The notes under the pieces were generated by a model, which did no database searches, had not been told where the DNA came from, and was given only the letters and a program-made list of their open reading frames with translations. DNA of 64,000 nucleotides from Rhodospirillales bacterium (GTDB lineage Bacteria > Pseudomonadota > Alphaproteobacteria > Rhodospirillales > JAPHRK01): assembly GCA_026196105.1 (NCBI GenBank), contig JAPHRK010000041.1, positions 11,970-75,969 of the forward strand, written 5' to 3'. The position numbers and the translations under genes were made by a program. This document shows positions 46,475 through 54,700 of this stretch, one piece after another. Every line of letters starts with the position of its first letter. The stretch's first letter is position 1.

Positions 46475-46493
46475 GCAAATGATTATTAATATC
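46475..46493. promoter_or_regulatory. Fur-box-like 19-mer upstream of the 681-aa protein gene
   Basis: GCAAATGATTATTAATATC matches GATAATGATAATCATTATC at 14 of 19 positions. It lies 93-111 nt upstream of the start at 46382. Confidence 0.4.
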
Positions 46494-46541
46494 AATATGT
46501 AAAGCTTGTAAATGTGTTATTAAGACATTGAAAAGAAAGAA

Positions 46542-47603
46542 TTATGAATCTTCGCCCTCTATCTTCAGTACGATTTTTCCGATGTGGCTTTTGCTTTCGA
46601 AGGACGTTTGGGCTTTGCCTATTTCCTTCAGTGGGTAAGTTTCAGCGACCAAAGGTTTGACTCGTCCATTTTCTATATGAGTCATGAGATTTCTAAAAAC
46701 CTCCGGTTCGAGAACAGTACATCCGAAGAAACGGAGGTCTTTCAGGTAAAGTGTTCTAACATCAAATTCAACGATCGAACCACCAATTGCCCCTGCGACT
46801 GCATACCGCCCTCCTGGGCAAAGAGTGTCCAACAGTGAGGGCCATTTCTGACCAGCAACGAGATCGAGCACAACGTCGATACTATCTTTCCCTAAGAGTT
46901 CTACATAATCATCATCCCTACTGAGAGTTTGATCAGCACCTATTTCTTGAAGTGTGATGGCCTTTAATGGGCTTGTGACGGCAATAACTTCAGCGCCCCG
47001 AGCCTTGGCAAGTTGAACCGCAGCAGACCCAACGCCACCTGATGCACCAGTGATCAATACTCGTTCTTCGGAGGTTACCCGCGAGCGTGTCAGCATATTT
47101 TCAGCCGTTGAGTAGGAGCAGGGAAATGAAGCAAGTTCTACATCTTCGTAGGTGCTGTTGATGGCATGTGCATGACGAGAAGCGACAACTGTGTATTGAG
47201 CGAAACCCCCGTTACATTCAGACCCAAAATACCAAGGTTTATCGAGAATGTTGTTGTTAACTTCACGTATACATGGCTCAATAAGTACTCGCTCTCCAAT
47301 GCGTCCTTTGTCTACATGATCTCCTACGGAAACAATTTTACCGCATACATCGGCTCCCTGAATAAGCGGAAAATTCAATGCTTGTCCAGACCAACTGGCA
47401 TCGTGATCCTCATTATCACCCTTTGAATACCATGCCGTCCGGGTATTGATGTCTGTGTTGTTCACCCCTGCAGCGGATACCCTAATAACAACATCGTTTG
47501 GTCCGGGTTGAGGCGTAAGTATATCGTTTCGATATTCCAGCATCTCAGGGCCGCCATGTCCTAGTAAAAGAACACCGCTCATTTTATCTGGTATTCGACT
47601 CAT
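46542..47603 (-). CDS. Medium-chain (Zn-type) alcohol dehydrogenase / quinone oxidoreductase family protein
   Basis: MDR pattern: GVNNTDINTR, ITGASGGVGSAAVQLAK, C-terminal GKIVL. The start is taken at MSRIPDK (47603). The track start is 47648. Confidence 0.75.
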   Translation of the reverse strand: MSRIPDKMSGVLLLGHGGPEMLEYRNDILTPQPGPNDVVIRVSAAGVNNTDINTRTAWYSKGDNEDHDASWSGQALNFPLIQGADVCGKIVSVGDHVDKGRIGERVLIEPCIREVNNNILDKPWYFGSECNGGFAQYTVVASRHAHAINSTYEDVELASFPCSYSTAENMLTRSRVTSEERVLITGASGGVGSAAVQLAKARGAEVIAVTSPLKAITLQEIGADQTLSRDDDYVELLGKDSIDVVLDLVAGQKWPSLLDTLCPGGRYAVAGAIGGSIVEFDVRTLYLKDLRFFGCTVLEPEVFRNLMTHIENGRVKPLVAETYPLKEIGKAQTSFESKSHIGKIVLKIEGEDS

Positions 47604-47974
47604 AACGTCCGCCTGTGAAATTTTTGAATTGTGAATTGATACGATCAACCCACATGATTGACTAGTGGAATCGTCTCCTATGGGTTAAGAGCGGGCCAAT
47701 GATTTAACTTCAGCAACTGGTTGTGGTATCTCTATTCTTGAGGCCTTGATATCAAGAATGATAACCTCGAATGAAATCGTACCATGATTGGTATGAAGCA
47801 ATCGGTATGGGACGTCTGAGCAAGTTTGAGTTGTTGTGTTTAGTAGGCCAGAGCAATGAATTCAAAGTAGCCTAGTTTTAGATTTGGGCTACATTAGTGG
47901 TTTTCGACGCAGGAGAAGACTCAAAAAACTTACAATAAAACAATGTGTTACGAAGATTTTGTGCAAAAAGTAAA

Positions 47975-48066
47975 TGGCGGACAGGGAGGGATTCGAACCC
48001 TCGGAGCCCCGTGAAGAGCTCGGCGGATTAGCAATCCACTGGTTTCAGCCACTCACCCACCTGTCC
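47975..48066 (-). tRNA. tRNA-Ser (anticodon GCU), class II with long variable arm, CCA encoded
   Basis: Folded by hand: acceptor GGACAGG/CCTGTCC, 3-bp D stem, anticodon stem GTGGA/TCCGC with loop TTGCTAA, variable arm GAGC...GCTC, T arm GAGGG-TTCGAAT-CCCTC, discriminator G, then CCA. Confidence 0.9.
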
Positions 48067-48136
48067 GTTGGCGCAGTGTTTAGCGGAAAAATATCTGGTG
48101 ATCAAGCGGTTATCTATGGAAATTGATATTGATCTA

Positions 48137-48487
48137 TTATGCGATGGCTCCGGCGCCATAGCTTGCAATGGAATAGAGCAAAGTCCCCATTTTTTCTTCG
48201 TTCTCATTAAAACGAATACCAAGAGAGTTTTTTCGGTTCCAGACGACACATCCTTGCAATTCTCCAAACGTAGATATGCTTAAAATTGTGTCACTGTTGA
48301 GGGTTGGAGATGTTCCACTAGGCCTAAGTTTTGCCCCACCTATAGAAATATCTTCGATAACAACATTCTGAGTTCTTTTGTCTGAGGTTAATTGCGCGCT
48401 GAGGCTTAAAGAGTTGCGTTTAGAAGACCTTTGCTCAGCGCCTTTTTGTACCATCATTTCGATTGCCCCATCCAAAAAAATACCCAA
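48137..48487 (-). CDS. PilZ-domain (c-di-GMP-binding) protein
   Basis: RxxxR (QRSSKRNS) followed 23 residues later by DxSxxG (EDISIGGAKL). Single-domain, 116 aa. Divergent from the giant ORF. Confidence 0.7.
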   Translation of the reverse strand: MGIFLDGAIEMMVQKGAEQRSSKRNSLSLSAQLTSDKRTQNVVIEDISIGGAKLRPSGTSPTLNSDTILSISTFGELQGCVVWNRKNSLGIRFNENEEKMGTLLYSIASYGAGAIA

Positions 48488-48717
48488 CCAATTAATTTTT
48501 TCACCATAAGCTTTTTTTATTTATTTTCCAAACATTTCCTTTGAATTAACATCTTATAAGAGTGTAAACATTGGACAATAAACATATTTAGGATAAACAC
48601 CTACAGCCTTAAGAAAAAAAAGGAAAAAAATAAAAATTACATCATTTGGGGGATTACTTGAAGGGGGTAGGTTTGATAAAATATTAGAAAGATTAAAAGC
48701 TCTTGTTAAATGAATGA

Positions 48718-48738
48718 CGAAACAAAGAATTTGTTTCG
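48718..48738. promoter_or_regulatory. Perfect 9-bp inverted repeat (CGAAACAAA-GAA-TTTGTTTCG) in the leader of the giant ORF
   Basis: Read directly from the sequence. It is followed by CATTTTTGG and lies ~30 nt upstream of the AGAGGA at 48764-48769. It could be an operator or a weak 5'-UTR hairpin. Confidence 0.35.
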
Positions 48739-48776
48739 CATTTTTGGTGCGCTAAGACAAAAAAGAGGAATGGGCC

Positions 48777-51700
48777 ATTTCTATTAAAAATTTAACTCCT
48801 GATAACGATGAAGCAGGGAGGCAATTTGATGCTGTTTTTGAGGCTTCAAGCGGTGCTCCCCTCGTTATTGGAGAAGGAGCTTGGTTGCTTAAAGCTGATT
48901 TCGTAAGAGACGGTAGCGACCTTATTCTCATCGGCAGCGACGGTACAGAAATCCTGATTACGGGATATTTCAACGTTGCTTCTTCCCCTGATTTGCAAAC
49001 CCCTGGTGGAAACCTCCTTAAAGCTAGCTTGGTAGAAAGCCTCGCTCGTGAAACTGGGGATGTCCAAGTTGCGCAAGCAAACCAGCAAGGTGCAACAGAT
49101 GCTTCGCCCTCCCAGCCCATTGGGACTGTGGCGACAGCAGAAGGCCTGGTTGAAGTCATTCGCGCCGATGGCACCAAGGTCGAAGTCAAAGAAGGCGATC
49201 CCATTTTCCAAGGGGATGAAATTATCACTTCAGATGCTGGCACAATCGGCATCACTTTCATTGATGACAGTTCTTTCTCTCTCGGCCCAGAGGGAAGAAT
49301 GATCATTGATGAAATGGTTTATGACCCCGGCACCCAAGACGGTAAATTCAGCGGAAATCTCGTCCAAGGTGTTTTCTCTTTTGTTAGCGGACAAATTGCT
49401 AAAACCGGCCCCGATGCCATGACCTTGACCACCCCGGTCGCCACCATTGGTATTCGGGGAACCAAAGTTGCAGGTAAAGCGGCGCAAGAAGGCGAAGAAA
49501 ACACCATAACCTTGCTTGATGAATTGGATGAAAATGGCAATCCAATCGTCGGTGAGGTGTCGATCACGACAGAAGGCGGAACAGTCGTTCTTGGTGCCTT
49601 TGGTCAAACTGTTTCTATGACCTCAGCATTCTTGCCACCTCCATTGCCATTCGTGATGTCACAGGCTGAAATTGATGAGGCTTATGGAAATACTCTTGCT
49701 GCAAATCCTGTTCAAGAAGAAGCTGTTACTGAACCTGATGGAACTGGAATTCAGGAAGTTGCTGAGCAAGCTCGAGATAGTTTAGCTGATACAATTTCTG
49801 AACAAGCAGAGGTGTTTGAAAGCTATAAAGCCGTTGCCCAAAGTATTTATAAACCAGTTATTCTTCAATATGATAGAGCTGACGTTGCTGAGCTCATTGG
49901 GGCTGATAGTCCTGACTATAGTAGTGAAATTGCAAAGTTTCTAGCAGTTGTTTCTTCAGCATCAAGCGCAGCAACAGCAGCTGGTGATGCCGAAAATCTC
50001 GCTTCAGCAAAATCAACCACTCTTGGTGTTGAAATTGTTGCTAAAGCTACTGCGACGAATGTTGGTTTAAGTACTACTGAAGCGCAAGAATTAGCTTCGG
50101 TTGTGACGGCCTCTATGAAGGCGCTTGGTGCTGCCGGGTCTATTTCAGCAACCGCTTCATCAATTTCAAAAATGGCGCTGGCTGCGGCTGCTGAAGCCGG
50201 TAAAGGGACTTCAATCGATCCAGAAATTCTTGCCGCATTGGAAGCTTCTGTTTCTAGCTTGCAAACCGCTGCAACAAAAGTTGCAACAATTGTAACTGCA
50301 GCAATAACCGCCACAGATAGTGTTTGGGCCACAGCCTTAACCGCAGCTAAAGCTGCAAAGGCTTTGAACCAAAGCGTCGCTCAGATTTTATCTGATGCTA
50401 AATCAGCGGTAACGACAAACTTTTCCAATGAAGTGAATAACGCCTTAACAGGGAAAGGGGTTGCTTATACTGAACTCTCAGGTCTTGTTGACGACGTAAC
50501 TACCCACATCACAACGGTTACAACAAAAATGCAATCAGCTCCTGTATCTGATGCAATGACATCCGCAGGGGCTGCAGCCAAAACAGCTGCGACCCAGGCA
50601 GATGCAACGGCTACGGCTGCTTCTGATACCTTAGCTGCTTCTAGCGCAGATGCCATGTTAGCTGCCGCTGAAGTTGCTTTTACAGCAGCAACGGCTGCTG
50701 AAGCCGCTCGCGCTGAAGCCGATGCAGCTGTTGATATTAATGTAATTGGTGCCGGGCTTGATGCCAGTTCTTTTGCCTTTTTCCAACAAGCTATTGCCTT
50801 GGATTCATCGGCTGAATCTCAAGCTGCGGAAGCAACGGCTGGTATTACGGCTTCTGTGAATGCACTCGAAGCTGCTGAAGGTTATCTTGATGGGACAGCT
50901 CAAGGCAAAGTTTTTGGCTTTGCCCAAGAAAATACCATTTCACTGAAATCTACCCTGATCACTGATGGCACATTAGATGCCTCTACAGATACCGTGAACG
51001 CCAATGGCGCAATTGCGGTAACTATTGATGGTAATGCATTCTCATATAACTTCACTTCAGGTCAAACGGTCAAAGCTGTTTATGATGGACTTGTTACTGC
51101 GATCAATAATGATGCCAATATTAATGGCATTGTTACTGCTGCAAGTGCATCTGATTTTGGTCCAGTAACACTGACCGCTGACATTCCAGGACAAGCCTAT
51201 ACGGTTGTTGATACTGGTTCGACGACTGACCTTACATCCGATCCAACTATTGTTACAGTCCATACAGGTCTTGCTGTTGCTGATGTCGTTGGTGTTGTCA
51301 TAAATGGAGAGCGGGTCACTTACGAAGTTACCGCTGAGGATGTTAAATCTCCCCTCGCTGTCGTTCGGGATGGGTTAGTCTCTGATCTTCAAGCAACTGG
51401 AGCCGTCACTGCGACGGTTGAAGCTGTAAGTAGCTCAACAGGTGACTTTACGGTTACTCTGACTAAAGACACGACCAGTGCTGATATTGTAATTACTTCT
51501 CCTGATACGGATGAAGTAACCATAAGCTCATATGACGTGACCTCCACAGTGACGATTGATGCAACCCTCGCTGAAGGTGATGTAGTTGGGGCCGTGATTA
51601 ACGGGACGACCGTTACATATACGATTACAGCTGAAGATATGCTTCTGGATGACCCAATGGTTGGAGTCCAAGAAGCTCTCATTGATTCCATTGCGGAAGA

Positions 51701-54700
51701 CCCAACCGTTGGCGCCCTTGTCAGTGCTGCTACGGGTACGGCAGCGGGAACCATTGTTATTACATCGGCTACAGCTGGAACTAATTTTACGGTCCAATCT
51801 TCTGATGCTGCTGAAGCAACTGTTTCGACAACAACAATCACGACTGTTTCTGTTGATAATTTTTTAGAGGCTCTTGATTCCGTTGGAGTAACGATTGAAG
51901 GTACCACGGTTACCTATACAGTCCAAGCTGATGACCTTCTCAGCTCATTAGAGAAAGTTCGTAGTAGTCTTATTGATGCAATTAATAGTGACACTGATAT
52001 TAATGGTGATGTTACGGCTGCAAATGGGGAAAACCCAGACCAAATTGCTTTGACCGCAGATAATGCAGGAACGCCTGTTACGATTGTTTCAAATGATGAT
52101 GCCACTCTTACTGATGGCCAGGGCGCTACTTATAATCTACAGCTTGCTGCTGCGGCCCAAGCTACCGCTAAAACCAACGCAGACGGTGCTGCCAGTGATG
52201 TATTAGCAGCCAGAAGCGTTCTCGCTGATGCCTTGGTAACAAGATATATTGAAACAGCTAAGGCTGAGGCTTATGCCGATGCCTTGATTTTGGCAACAGA
52301 TGCTCTTGCTGATGCCAATGCTCTCGTTACAACAGCGACAGCTAATGTCACAACGGCAACACAAGCCGTCACAGATGCGACGACTGACGAAGAGGCATCT
52401 GCTGCAAATCAAGGTTTAGCAAATGCTCAAGCTGAACTAACTTTTGCTAATCAAGTTAAAGCGTTGTTCCAGGGTGCTTATGATAAAGCTGTTACCAATA
52501 ATACTGACGCAATCGCTGCTAAAGGAGCCGCAGAAACAGCTGTAACCAATGCTCAAGCTGAAGTCGATGATTTTAATGATATTTATCAGGGTAAGCTTAC
52601 TTCTTACTTAGAAAAAACCACTGAACTCTCTGACGCTCAATCCGAAATGGCTTCGGCAAAAGGTGCCCTGGAAATTGCTCAAGCAGCAGCAGAAGCCCAA
52701 TATCAAGCCACCCTTGAGGTTGAGGTTGAGGCTGTTCAGGATTTGATGGCGCTGGTCAAAGCGGCAGCGGCTGAGGCTGCGGCAAACGCTGAATTGGCAA
52801 AAGCAGAAGCGACGACGGATAATCCTGAACCAAATAAGCACACGGCTCAAGAAGCTGAAGACGCCGCTTACAAAAGTTATCAAGAAGCTCAAGAAGCATT
52901 CGATCAAATTGCCGCTGTGGTTCGTGCCAATGAAGGTGATACCGACGACAATGGTGCTTCTGTTGTTTCAACGGCAAGCGGAACCAGAGGCGGAAGTACT
53001 GAAGCTACTGTAACCCTCAGTGGTACCATTGAAGTTGGTGATGTTTATACCCTGACTGTTTTCGCTAAAGATGACACCAGCACGGAAGCAACCGCAACAC
53101 ACACGATTGCTAATACGGGTGAGACACTGATTACAATTGCTCAAGCTCTTGCCGGCCAAATAAATGGTGCAGCGAGTGTAAACACTCTGGTAACAGCTGC
53201 AGTTGACGGAACAACGGGTGTCATAACAATTACAGCAGATACTGTTGGCGTTGACGGTGATTTTGCATTCTCTATTCGGGCAGATGGTACTAATAAAGAG
53301 GGTACTATACCTGATGCCAACGATTTAGAAGGTGGTTATTTTGATGTTGTTTTCCGGACAACAGATACCGTTGCGACGGATGATCCTGTAGATTTTGCTA
53401 GCACGAGCCAAGCGGCAATTGCTTTACGTGCTTCGCTTTTAGATTCTGCAAAATCAACTTATGACCTTGCTGCTGAATATCTAACAGCGGCTGAATCTTC
53501 ATATAATTTGGCAGTTGCGGCTTCAGATGTTGCTGACCTGATTAACCCAACCCCAAGTTCTCCTGAAGAAGCATTCGCAGCTTTGGAAGCCAAACAAGCC
53601 GCTGCTAAGGAAGCTGATGAAGCGGCTAAAGCGCAAGCTGAAGCAGAAGCTGCTGCAAAACTTCTTGCGACTCAAAAGGCCGCTGAAAAAGCAGCAGCAC
53701 AAGCGAAAGCGGCTGAAGCTGCATCATCGAAAGCGGATGCCGCTGAAGCACAACAAGTTCTTGCAGAAGCTCAAGTTGCTATAGCTAAGACTTATGCAGA
53801 TTTAGCGGCTGCTGCTGAAGCTGTCGCTACACAAGCTGAGATAGATGATGACTTTATAACTGCTTCTGCTAAAGCAGCTGAAGCTTCTGCTTATGCTGCT
53901 TTAGCTCGTGTTGCTGCTGATACGGCAACTGCGGCTGCAAGTGAAGCAAAAACATTAGCTGATGCTGCTACGGCTGATGCTGATGGCATGGGCGGTACTG
54001 CTGCAACTCAAGCTGAACGTGCAGCCACGGCTTCTGGTAAAGCCGCTGTTGCTTCCGGTAAGGTTGAAAGTTCTGCGACTGTGGCAGAAGCATCAGCAGT
54101 CGATGCTAAAGCTGCAGCTGATTTGCAAGAAGCTGAAGATAGCGCGGCTCAATTGGCAGAAGACGCCGCTGCTGCGGCAAAAGCTGCTGCAGCAGAAGCC
54201 GCGAAAGCAGCTACTGATGCTGCTGAACAAGCTGAATTAGATAGAGTAGCAGAACAAGAGGCTGCCCTTGAGTTAGTTACGGGGCTAGCAACAAAAGCGG
54301 CAGATAAAGCAACTGATGCTGAAGACTTTGCGGTTATCGCTTTGCAGGCTGCAAAAGATGTTAATACGACTAAAGCTGAACAATATGCTGAATTTGCCAG
54401 AATTGCTGCTGCAGAAGCAGAAGCCGCTGCCGATGCTGCGGCTGAAGCCGCAACTGGTAAAGGTTCTGCTGCTCTGGCAAAAGCTAATGAAGCTGTGGCT
54501 TCTTCTAAAGCTGCTCAAACCAGTGCAGGTACAGCAGATGCTGCCAGTGAACTGGCTTCGGGTTATCAAGAAGCTGCGGATGCGTGGACCGATGGATCAT
54601 CTTCCTCAGATCGTTTTGATGCCCAAAAAGCTGCGGCAACCGCTGCTGCTGCTGCTTCTGCAGCGGCTAGCTCTGCTAGATCGGCTTCTGATGCCTATGC

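Noticed and set aside
48488-48770. Possible c-di-GMP riboswitch (GEMM-I/II) in the leader of the giant adhesin, given the PilZ neighbour.
   Set aside because: I could not find the conserved GEMM cores as I recall them (for example GGCAAACC...GGGACGCAAAGCC). Only an AT-rich palindrome is present.
52716-52733. The (GAGGTT)3-like microrepeat encoding EVEVEA.
   Set aside because: It is too short, and as an in-frame hexamer repeat it is unlikely to act as a phase-variation tract.
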